Origin: Chloroflexota bacterium
GTDB lineage: Bacteria; Chloroflexota; UBA11872; VXNJ01
NCBI GenBank assembly: GCA_965261345.1
Contig: OZ253449.1
Coordinates: forward strand, 1,251,317 to 1,315,316
Direction of reading: 5' to 3'
DNA length: 64,000 nucleotides
Below are positions 17,425-25,469 of this stretch, one piece after another. Each line of letters opens with the position of its first letter. Positions within the stretch are counted from its first letter, which is position 1. The notes under the pieces are model-generated. The model was given only the letters and a program-made list of their open reading frames with translations, was not told the origin of the DNA and made no database searches. Both the position numbers and the translations under genes were made by a program.

Positions 17425-20133
17425 TTGAACACCAATATTGGGTTGCCGCTGGGCGAAAACCAGCTGCAACTGGAAACCGGTGATTTGGCGCTGCAGGCTG
17501 ATGGCGCCATCCTGGTTTCGTACGGAGACGTACGCCTTCTTTGCACGGCTTGTATGAAAGACAGCCCGCGCGAAGGACTCGACTTTTTCCCGCTCACCTG
17601 CGACTTTGAGGAAAAATCCTATTCGGTCGGTCACATCCCGGGTTCGGTATTGCGCCGCGAGGGACGTCCTCCCGACAGCGCCACACTGACCGCGCGACTT
17701 ACCGACCGCCCGCTGCGCCCGCTTTTTCCCAAAGGCATGCGCAACGACGTCCAGGTTATTAGCACCCTGCTGGCCTCGGACAAGGACATCGAAGCCGACG
17801 TGCTCGGCATCGTCGGCTGCAGTGCCGCCCTGCATATCTCGCGGATCCCCTTCAACGGGCCGATCGGCGCAGTGCGGATCGGCATGGACGGCGATGATTT
17901 TGTGATCAACCCCACCCGTTCCTTCCTGGCCGCCAATCCGGCTCTGGACATGGTGGTGGCCTCCACCGCCAAGGGTGTGGTCATGATCGAAGCCGGCGCC
18001 TCGCAGATTTCTGAAGCGGTCGTCGAACAGGCGATTGAGTTCGGTCACGAGCAAAACCTGAAGCTAATCGAGCTGCAGGAAGAACTTCGCGATCGTTGCG
18101 GCGTGGAAAAATCCGAGCCGATCATCGTTGGCGTTTCCGACGACTTGATCGACGCGGTCGAGTCGCAGGTCGGTTCCGAACTGGCCGCGGCGGTCCAGAT
18201 CACCGAGGGGCCCGACCGCTCCGAGGCGATCGCGACGGCCATGGCCAATGCCCAGGCGGCGCAGGCCGATTCCGGGCACGAGGCCGGCGACGTCAAGCAG
18301 GCGTTTGACCAGGCGCTAAAGGCCGCCACCCGGGCGGCGATCCTGGACCAGCAGTTGCGTCCCGATGGACGTTCGCCCCAGCAGTTGCGCGAGCTTTCGG
18401 CCAAGGTCGGAATTCTCCCGCGCGTACACGGATCAGGGCTGTTCCAGCGCGGTATGACTCAGTGCCTAAATGTCGTCACGCTGGGTAATGCCCGCTCGGT
18501 GCAGCGCATCGGATTGGACAACCTCGACTGGGAGGAATCCAAGCGCTACATGCACCACTACTACATGCCTCCGTACGCCTCGGGCGAGGCCTACCCGCTG
18601 CGTGGGCAGCGGCGGCGCGAAATTGGGCACGGCATCCTGGCCGAACGCGCAATTGCGCCGGTGTTGCCGAGCGAAGCGGAATTTCCCTACGTGATCCGCA
18701 CCGTTTCCGAGATTCTCTCCTCCAACGGTTCGACCTCGATGGCTGCCACCAGCAGCTCTTCGCTGGCGCTGATGGACGCCGGGGTGCCGCTCAAGGCTCC
18801 GGTGACCGGAATCTCGATCGGGTTGATCTCGGATGGCGAAGGCCGCTATGAGATCCTCTCTGACATCCAAGGTGCCGAGGACCACTTTGGCGACATGGAC
18901 TTCAAGGTTGCTGGCTCCGCCAACGGGGTAACCGCAATCCAGCTGGACATCAAACTGGATCACATCCCGCTGTCGATCGTCGGACCGGTCCTCGAGCAGG
19001 CGCGCGAGTGTCGCCAGGAAATCCTGGCAGTAATGAACGAGGCGCTGTCGACGCCGCGTGGTGACGTTAACGCCTGGGCTCCCAAGATCGTCATCCACAA
19101 GATCGACCCGTCCAAGATCGGTGAGGTCATCGGGCCCGGTGGCAAGGTGATTCGCAAGCTTGAAGAACTGACCGGGGCCTCAATCGACATCGCCGAGGAC
19201 GGCACCCTGACGGTGGCCGCGCCGCAGAAGGAGAAGGCCGCCCAGACGGTGGCCATGATCCGCGACATCATCGGCGACATCGAGATCGGCCGGACCGTGA
19301 AGGGCTCAGTCGAGCGCATCCTGCCGTTTGGTGCTTTCATTGAATTTGCGCCTGGCAAGCAGGGCATGATCCATGTTTCCGAGCTGGCCGACTACCGGGT
19401 CGAACAGGTCGAGGACGAGGTTTCAGTGGGCGATATCGTCGAGGCCAAGGTAATCGAGGTCGATGACCTTGGTCGCATTAACCTCTCGCGCCGCGCGGTA
19501 ATCCAGGGCGATGCCTACGAGGGTTACAAGCCGCGCCGCTCCGGCGGCGGACGACGTGATCGTGAAGGCGGCGACCGTGGTGGATTCCGCGGTGGCGGAC
19601 GACGCGATCGTGAAGGCGGCGACCGTGGTGGATTCCGCGGTGGCGGCGACCGTGGTGGATTCCGCGGTGGCGGCGACCGTGGTGGATTCCGCGGTGGCGG
19701 ACGACGCGACCGTGATGGCGACAGTGGTGGATTCCGCGGTGGCGGACGACGCGACCGTGATGGCGACAGTGGTGGATTCCGCGGTGGCGGACGACGCGAC
19801 CGTGATGGCGACAGTGGTGGATTCCGCGGTGGCGGACGACGCGACCGTGATGGCGACAGCGGCGGCGACCGTGGTGGATTCCGCGGTGGCGGACGACGCG
19901 ACCGTGATGGCGACAGTGGCGGCGACCGTGGTGGATTCCGTGGTGGCGGCGACCGTGGTGGATTCCGCGGTGGCGGACGACGCGACCGTGATGGCGACAG
20001 TGGTGGATTCCGCGGTGGCGGACGACGCGACCGTGATGGCGGCGACCGTGGCAAGGATCGCAATGATCACTCCGGATCGCCCGAGCGCAAGCCTGATCGC
20101 GACCGGCAGCCCGACTGGGAGTTTATGGATTGA
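17425..20133 (+). CDS. pnp: Polynucleotide phosphorylase with long C-terminal Arg/Gly/Asp repeat tail
   Basis: 902 aa with two RNase PH domains, KH ('IGEVIGPGGKVIRKL') and S1 ('GSVERILPFGAFIEF'). About 190 aa of GGRRDRDGDSGGFRG-type repeats follow. TTG start. Confidence 0.95.
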   Translation: MNTNIGLPLGENQLQLETGDLALQADGAILVSYGDVRLLCTACMKDSPREGLDFFPLTCDFEEKSYSVGHIPGSVLRREGRPPDSATLTARLTDRPLRPLFPKGMRNDVQVISTLLASDKDIEADVLGIVGCSAALHISRIPFNGPIGAVRIGMDGDDFVINPTRSFLAANPALDMVVASTAKGVVMIEAGASQISEAVVEQAIEFGHEQNLKLIELQEELRDRCGVEKSEPIIVGVSDDLIDAVESQVGSELAAAVQITEGPDRSEAIATAMANAQAAQADSGHEAGDVKQAFDQALKAATRAAILDQQLRPDGRSPQQLRELSAKVGILPRVHGSGLFQRGMTQCLNVVTLGNARSVQRIGLDNLDWEESKRYMHHYYMPPYASGEAYPLRGQRRREIGHGILAERAIAPVLPSEAEFPYVIRTVSEILSSNGSTSMAATSSSSLALMDAGVPLKAPVTGISIGLISDGEGRYEILSDIQGAEDHFGDMDFKVAGSANGVTAIQLDIKLDHIPLSIVGPVLEQARECRQEILAVMNEALSTPRGDVNAWAPKIVIHKIDPSKIGEVIGPGGKVIRKLEELTGASIDIAEDGTLTVAAPQKEKAAQTVAMIRDIIGDIEIGRTVKGSVERILPFGAFIEFAPGKQGMIHVSELADYRVEQVEDEVSVGDIVEAKVIEVDDLGRINLSRRAVIQGDAYEGYKPRRSGGGRRDREGGDRGGFRGGGRRDREGGDRGGFRGGGDRGGFRGGGDRGGFRGGGRRDRDGDSGGFRGGGRRDRDGDSGGFRGGGRRDRDGDSGGFRGGGRRDRDGDSGGDRGGFRGGGRRDRDGDSGGDRGGFRGGGDRGGFRGGGRRDRDGDSGGFRGGGRRDRDGGDRGKDRNDHSGSPERKPDRDRQPDWEFMD
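19545..20050 (+). repeat. Coding tandem repeat (RGG/RDRDGD units) inside pnp
   Basis: Four near-identical 45-nt units lie at 19681-19860 (three identical; the fourth differs at its last base). They are flanked by shorter variants of the same unit. Confidence 0.9.
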
Positions 20134-20909
20134 TCAAAGTTGCGGTATCCGGGGCCGCCGGGCGCATGGGCCAGCAAGTGGCCGCAGCGACTCTGGAAGC
20201 TCCAGATACCGCACTGGTCGGTCTCTATGACTTGGCTCCGATCCCGGCCCAACTGGCGCCAGGGATCGGGGCCCCGGCGCGCGGCTCCGACCTTGACGGG
20301 GTTTTAAAAAACTCCGGAGCACAGGTGTTGGTGGACTTTACCAACGCCGCCGCCGGATCAGATCACCTGCACCGGGCAATTGAACTGGGGGTCAGTCCGG
20401 TGGTGGGCACTACCGGGTTCGACCCAGAAACCATCGACCGGTTGGCCAACGCGGCCGACCAGACCGGAATCGGGGCCTTTCTGGCTCCGAACTTCGCCCT
20501 CGGGGCAGTCCTGCAAATGCAGATGTGCGAATTGGCGGCGCGCCATTTCAACACCGTCGAAATCATCGAACTCCATCACGATCAAAAGATCGACGCCCCT
20601 TCAGGGACCGCAATGGCCACGGCGGCCAAGATAGCTGCAGCGGCCGGTGGAGCCCGCGATGTTAGGACGGAAAAATTTGCCCTGGAAGGTGCCCGCGGCG
20701 GCAATTTCGAGGGCGTGAAGGTGCACTCGGTGCGCCTGCCCGGACTGGTCGCCCACCAGGAAGTTATCTTCGGCGGGCTGGGGCAGACCCTTACCCTGCG
20801 TCACGATTCAATCAGTCGTGAATCGTTCATGCCCGGCGTACTGTTGGCGGTCCGGCGGGTCAGAGGGCTTTCTGGCCTGGTTGTGGGGCTGGAGCACCTG
20901 CTTAACTAG
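20130..20909 (+). CDS. dapB: 4-hydroxy-tetrahydrodipicolinate reductase
   Basis: 259 aa. It has 'IKVAVSGAAGRMGQ' (NAD(P) fold) and 'ELHHDQKIDAPSGTA'. The TTG start overlaps the pnp stop. Confidence 0.9.
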   Translation: MIKVAVSGAAGRMGQQVAAATLEAPDTALVGLYDLAPIPAQLAPGIGAPARGSDLDGVLKNSGAQVLVDFTNAAAGSDHLHRAIELGVSPVVGTTGFDPETIDRLANAADQTGIGAFLAPNFALGAVLQMQMCELAARHFNTVEIIELHHDQKIDAPSGTAMATAAKIAAAAGGARDVRTEKFALEGARGGNFEGVKVHSVRLPGLVAHQEVIFGGLGQTLTLRHDSISRESFMPGVLLAVRRVRGLSGLVVGLEHLLN

Positions 20910-21023
20910 CGGGCGCTTAAATGTTTTTCAACCACTGGTCTTACGTGCTATTGTTTGTCGGCGATCCGCGCCGTGGAGCGACGGAATTGCAGAACTCCAA
21001 TCCATAGGTAGAAGTACAAGGCG

Positions 21024-22094
21024 ATGCAGCCAATTTCGGTAGCCGTGGTCGGGGCCACCGGCGCTGTCGGAACGGAACTGCTCTCCATCCTGGCCCAGCG
21101 CCAGTTCCCGATCGGCGAACTTTCGCTGCTGGCCAGCCCGCGCTCGGCCGGCAAGCAGATTGATTTTGCCGGGCGCCCGCTGACCGTGCGGCCGCTGACT
21201 GACGATTCATTCGCGGGAATCGATTTAGTCTTTTCGGCCGCCGGATCCTCAGTCGCGCGGCAATTTGCACCGCATGCGGTCGCCGCCGGCGCCACCGTGA
21301 TCGACAAGAGTTCGGCCTGGCGCTACGAGGACGATATTCCGCTGGTGGTCCCGGAGGTAAACGGTGACGACCTGGCTTCCCACCCAGGAATCATCGCCTG
21401 TCCCAACTGTTCGACGATCCAGATGGTGGTGGCGCTGGCCCCGATCGATCGGATTTTTCCGATTGAGCGGGTGGTGGTATCAACCTACCAATCGGTAACC
21501 GGGGCGGGCGCGGCCGCGGCCGACGAGCTGTCGCGGCAGGTCCGCTCGATCGCCGCTGGGCAGTTGCCCGAAACGCGAATTCTGCCGGCGCAGATCGCCC
21601 TCAACGTGATCCCCGAAGTCGAGACCTTCCGCGCCCAGGACGGCTACACCGGCGAGGAGTGGAAGATGGCCGCCGAAACCCGCAAGATCATGAACCGCAG
21701 CGACCTTCGGATCTCGGCCACCTGCGTCCGGGTCGGGGTCGAGCGGGCCCATTCGGAGTCGGTCAACGTGGAATTTGAGGGGCCGATCGACGTCGACGAA
21801 ATCCGCGAGCTGTTGGCCAACTCGGCCGGCATTCAAGTGGTCGATGCCCCGCTGGGCGACCAGCCGCGCTATCCCACCGCGCTCGATGCGGCCGGCAATG
21901 ACTGGGTTTGGGTCGGGCGCATCCGCCGCGACGTCTCGATCGAACACGGGATCTGCCTCTGGGTGGTATCTGACAACCTGCGCAAAGGGGCGGCCACCAA
22001 CTCGGTGCAGATCGCCGAACTGCTGCTGGAGCGCGGCTGGCTCAAGGGACGGGCTGCAGCCCGTCCCGGGATCTTGAACTTAGAATCGGCCTAA
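21024..22094 (+). CDS. asd: Aspartate-semialdehyde dehydrogenase
   Basis: 356 aa. It has 'VAVVGATGAVG', the active-site region 'IACPNCSTIQM', and 'VRVGVERAHSESV'. Confidence 0.95.
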   Translation: MQPISVAVVGATGAVGTELLSILAQRQFPIGELSLLASPRSAGKQIDFAGRPLTVRPLTDDSFAGIDLVFSAAGSSVARQFAPHAVAAGATVIDKSSAWRYEDDIPLVVPEVNGDDLASHPGIIACPNCSTIQMVVALAPIDRIFPIERVVVSTYQSVTGAGAAAADELSRQVRSIAAGQLPETRILPAQIALNVIPEVETFRAQDGYTGEEWKMAAETRKIMNRSDLRISATCVRVGVERAHSESVNVEFEGPIDVDEIRELLANSAGIQVVDAPLGDQPRYPTALDAAGNDWVWVGRIRRDVSIEHGICLWVVSDNLRKGAATNSVQIAELLLERGWLKGRAAARPGILNLESA

Positions 22095-22110
22095 AAATCG
22101 ACGATTTACG

Positions 22111-23046
22111 TTGGGTCTGGGGGAGTTGGAAGTGAAGTTGGAATTCGGGCGCCTGATTACTGCCATGATTACGCCGTTTGATGATTCGGGGCGAGTCGAC
22201 ATCGATACTTTCGCGGCGCTGGCCGACGGTTTGATCGAGGCCGGGAACGACGCCCTGCTGGTCACCGGCACCACCGGTGAATCGCCGGTGCTTACCGAGG
22301 CCGAGCGGGCCGATCTCTACCGCGAGGCGGTCGGAGCGGCCAAGGGCCGGGCCAAGGTGATTGCCGGAACCGGCGGTTACAACACTCAAGAGAGCATCGC
22401 GCTGTCGCAGATGGCGGCCGAATGCGGCGTGGACGGGCTGCTGCAGGTTGCCCCCTACTACAACAAGCCGCCGCAGGAAGGCCTCTACCAGCACTTTCGG
22501 GCAATCGCCGGGTGCACACCCCTGCCCAACATGATCTACAACGTGCCCTCGCGCACCGTGACCAACATCTCCCCCACCACGGTCGCGCGCTGTTCGCGGA
22601 TCGAGAACATCTTTTCGGTCAAGGAAGCCAGCGGCGACCTGGACCAGATCTCTGAGATAATCCGCACCGCCGAGCCCGGATTCCTTGTCTATTCGGGCAA
22701 CGACGGAGATACCCTGCCGATGATGGCGCTCGGCGCGGTCGGGGTGGTCTCGGTTGCCTCGCACCTGGTATCCGGGCAGATAAAGGCGATGATGGAAGCG
22801 GTGGTGGCCGGCGACCTGCCCGCGGCCGCGGCCCTGCACCTGGAGATGCTGCCGCTCGTTCGGGCGCTCTTCCCTCCCGGCTGGAGCAGTCCGATCGCGC
22901 TAAAATCGGCGCTCAATTCGGTCGGCTTCGGGGTTGGCGTCCCGCGCCTGCCGCTGGTCGAGCACGATGTCTCCCTGGCCGCCGAGCTGGCCTTAACCAC
23001 CCGCAGCCAGCGACTGGACCAGTACCTGTTCGCACGGGTCGGCTGA
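22111..23046 (+). CDS. dapA: 4-hydroxy-tetrahydrodipicolinate synthase
   Basis: It has 'ITAMITPF', 'LLVTGTTGESPVLT', 'PYYNKP' and 'KEASGD'. The exact start is uncertain (TTG 22111 versus nearby GTG/TTG codons). Confidence 0.9.
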   Translation: MGLGELEVKLEFGRLITAMITPFDDSGRVDIDTFAALADGLIEAGNDALLVTGTTGESPVLTEAERADLYREAVGAAKGRAKVIAGTGGYNTQESIALSQMAAECGVDGLLQVAPYYNKPPQEGLYQHFRAIAGCTPLPNMIYNVPSRTVTNISPTTVARCSRIENIFSVKEASGDLDQISEIIRTAEPGFLVYSGNDGDTLPMMALGAVGVVSVASHLVSGQIKAMMEAVVAGDLPAAAALHLEMLPLVRALFPPGWSSPIALKSALNSVGFGVGVPRLPLVEHDVSLAAELALTTRSQRLDQYLFARVG

Positions 23047-23047
23047 T

Positions 23048-23680
23048 CTGCCGGGACCCGAAGTCGGCCGGTCGATTGATGAGCTCGCCGACGCAATAAG
23101 GGCCTGCACCGATTGCGGCCTCTGCGCCGGTCGCCGGCAGGCGGTGCCGGGCGAGGGCAATCCAGATGCGCAGATCATGTTCATCGGCGAAGGCCCGGGG
23201 GCCCGCGAGGACGAGTCGGGTCGACCATTCGTCGGACCGTCCGGCCGGTTTCTGGGTGAGATGCTCACCAGCATCGGGCTTGACCGCTCTGACGTATTTA
23301 TCACCAACGTGGTCAAGTGCCGCCCGCCGGGCAACCGCGATCCGCTGCCGGAGGAAATTAGCGCCTGCTCGCACTGGCTCAAGGAGCAGATTAAGGTCAT
23401 CGCCCCAAAGGTTGTAATCTTGCTGGGCCGGCATGCCTTGCAACGTTTTTTGCCCGGGCGACGGATTTCTGCCGAACACGGCAGCATCCACCCATTCGGA
23501 TCGATCAGCGCGATGCCGATGTATCACCCGGCGGCGGCCTTGCACAACCCGCGGTTGCGCCAGGACTGCCTTGCCGATTTTCAGAGGTTGGCCAGTTTTC
23601 TGGCCGCGCCGCCGCCCGCCCCGACACCAGGCCCAGTCGAGCCTGACCCCAGCCCGCCCGTACAGAGATCGCTTTTCTAA
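23048..23680 (+). CDS. Uracil-DNA glycosylase, family 4 (4Fe-4S type); start codon uncertain
   Basis: It has 'GEGNPDAQIMFIGEGPGAREDESGRPFVGPSG' and 'ITNVVKCRPPGNR'. The track start (GTG 23144) would delete the N-terminal 'ACTDCGLC' Fe-S cysteines, which are encoded in frame upstream. I tentatively use CTG 23048. The conservative alternative is 23144. Confidence 0.7.
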   Translation: MPGPEVGRSIDELADAIRACTDCGLCAGRRQAVPGEGNPDAQIMFIGEGPGAREDESGRPFVGPSGRFLGEMLTSIGLDRSDVFITNVVKCRPPGNRDPLPEEISACSHWLKEQIKVIAPKVVILLGRHALQRFLPGRRISAEHGSIHPFGSISAMPMYHPAAALHNPRLRQDCLADFQRLASFLAAPPPAPTPGPVEPDPSPPVQRSLF

Positions 23681-23765
23681 AACACCGCGAGCTAAAGCGG
23701 CCGCCGCCCCGACTCGGCAGCCGACCCAACCCACTTTTGATTCATCTAGTTACAAGGTCTGTAAT

Positions 23766-25433
23766 TTGAAATCCAATCCGAAATCACTCCGCGCCACTTT
23801 TCTAGGGGGCCTGGGCGATGTCGGTCGCAACTGTCTGCTGCTCGAATGCGGCAACGACGCCATCCTGGTCGATTGCGGCGTACTATTTCCCGATGATCGG
23901 GTCAGCGGGGTCGATGTCATCCTGCCCGACTTTTCGCTGCTGGAGCCATACGCTGATAAGCTGCGCGGGGTCATCTTCACCCACGGCCACGAGGACCACA
24001 TCGGGGCCGCCCCGTACCTGTTGGCTAAATACGACCTGCCGCTTTATGGCTCGCCGTTGACGCTCTCCTTCCTGCGCGAGCGACTCGAGCAGAAAGGCCT
24101 GGCAAGCAAGGCCGACCTGCGGCGGCTGCGCGAGCGCCGGACCACCCAGCTGGGCTGCTTTGACATCACCCCGTTCCATGTCTGCCATTCAATTCCCGAC
24201 GCGATGGGTTTTGCGATCGGCACCCCGGTCGGCACCCTTATCCACACCGGCGATTACATGATCGACAACCAGCCGATCGACGGCCAACCGACCGACCTGC
24301 AGATGCTCGGGGCGCTGGGGGCAGAGGGCGTGCTGGCCCTGTTTGCCGATTCAACCAACGCCGACACGCCGGGGCACACTCCCTCGCAGCAGACGGTATA
24401 CGACGGTCTCGCCCAAGTGTTTGCGCAGGCCGACTATGGGCGGGTCATCGTGGCCAGCTTTTCCTCGAACCTGACCCGGGTCCAGCAGATCGCTGACCTG
24501 GCCGGGAACCACGGGCGCCGGGTCTGCGTGCTGGGACGATCGTTGGAGCGCAATCTGCCACTGGCCTCGGAGCTGGCCCTGCTCGACATCGAGCCGGGCG
24601 ACCTGATCCCGACAAAGCTGATCGACCAGATCCCGCACGAAGAGCTGGCGATCGTTTGCACCGGCAGCCAGGGGGAGCCCGGTTCGGCGCTCTCGCGCCT
24701 GGCCGATGGTCGCCACCCGCTGTTGGAAATAGATGAGGGCGACACGGTGGTGATTTCGGCCTCGGCAATCCCCGGCAACGAGCGTACGGTGCAGCGGATG
24801 ATCGGGAAGCTCTTCCGCCGCGGCGCCAACGTGGTATTTGGAAAACTCGGTCACGTGCACGTGAGCGGACACCCGGCCCGTGAGGACACCCGCGCCCTGC
24901 TGTCGGTTGTGCGCCCGCAATTTTTCGTGCCGGTCCATGGCAGTCACCACCATCTGGCCTTGCAGGCCCAGGTGGCGATTGAATCGGGAATGTCGCGGGA
25001 GGCGGTGCTGGTCGCCGCCGATGGCGATGTGGTCGATATCTCAGCTGATTCGATCGAATTGGTAGAGCATCGATCCTGCCCCCACATCTATGTGAATCGT
25101 GGCGCCGCTCCGGGCGTGGAGCTAAGCGAACCCTGCCTGCGGCAGCGGCAGCAGCTGGCCAACGCCGGGGTCGTGGCGGTACACGCCCAGATCGACCTGA
25201 GCTGCGGCCAGCTGGTCGGTCGCCCGCAGCTGGTCTCGCACGGGCTAATGGGCGGGGCCGAGCGGAAGATGTCCAAGCTTGCCGGCCGGCTCGGCCAGCT
25301 GCTGTCGGGCGATCGCCGGGAATTGCCCAACCTTGATGCGGCGAATGCAAAAGTTAAGATGGTTGTAGGGAGGCAAATAAAAGCCGAAACAGGCTTGCGG
25401 CCAACGATCCTGGCGATCGTTACCGCGGCTTGA
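23766..25433 (+). CDS. rnj: Ribonuclease J
   Basis: Metallo-beta-lactamase/beta-CASP pattern: 'GGLGDVGRNCLLLECGNDAILVDCG', 'FTHGHEDHIGA', 'HVSGHPARED'. The track ORF from 23433 is over-extended. TTG 23766 gives about 555 aa, the usual RNase J size. Confidence 0.9.
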   Translation: MKSNPKSLRATFLGGLGDVGRNCLLLECGNDAILVDCGVLFPDDRVSGVDVILPDFSLLEPYADKLRGVIFTHGHEDHIGAAPYLLAKYDLPLYGSPLTLSFLRERLEQKGLASKADLRRLRERRTTQLGCFDITPFHVCHSIPDAMGFAIGTPVGTLIHTGDYMIDNQPIDGQPTDLQMLGALGAEGVLALFADSTNADTPGHTPSQQTVYDGLAQVFAQADYGRVIVASFSSNLTRVQQIADLAGNHGRRVCVLGRSLERNLPLASELALLDIEPGDLIPTKLIDQIPHEELAIVCTGSQGEPGSALSRLADGRHPLLEIDEGDTVVISASAIPGNERTVQRMIGKLFRRGANVVFGKLGHVHVSGHPAREDTRALLSVVRPQFFVPVHGSHHHLALQAQVAIESGMSREAVLVAADGDVVDISADSIELVEHRSCPHIYVNRGAAPGVELSEPCLRQRQQLANAGVVAVHAQIDLSCGQLVGRPQLVSHGLMGGAERKMSKLAGRLGQLLSGDRRELPNLDAANAKVKMVVGRQIKAETGLRPTILAIVTAA

Positions 25434-25469
25434 TGCGGCCCACCGGAACGCGTTAACCGGAGCTTTCCC

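Noticed and set aside
19423-20230. Three long ORFs in other frames or on the other strand of the pnp repeat (Ala/Thr/Val/Ser-rich and Pro/Arg/Ser-rich), and a periodicity that might look like a CRISPR array
   Set aside because: They are alternative readings of the 45-nt coding tandem repeat. The pnp frame is continuous with the S1 domain. There are no unique spacers between repeats, so it is not a CRISPR array.
22042-23734. Minus-strand ORFs of 265 aa (22042-22839), 135 aa (22689-23096) and 273 aa (22913-23734)
   Set aside because: They are antisense to dapA and the UDG gene and have no motifs.
24351-25350. Minus-strand ORFs of 200, 131 and 301 aa
   Set aside because: They are antisense to rnj and have shadow-frame composition.
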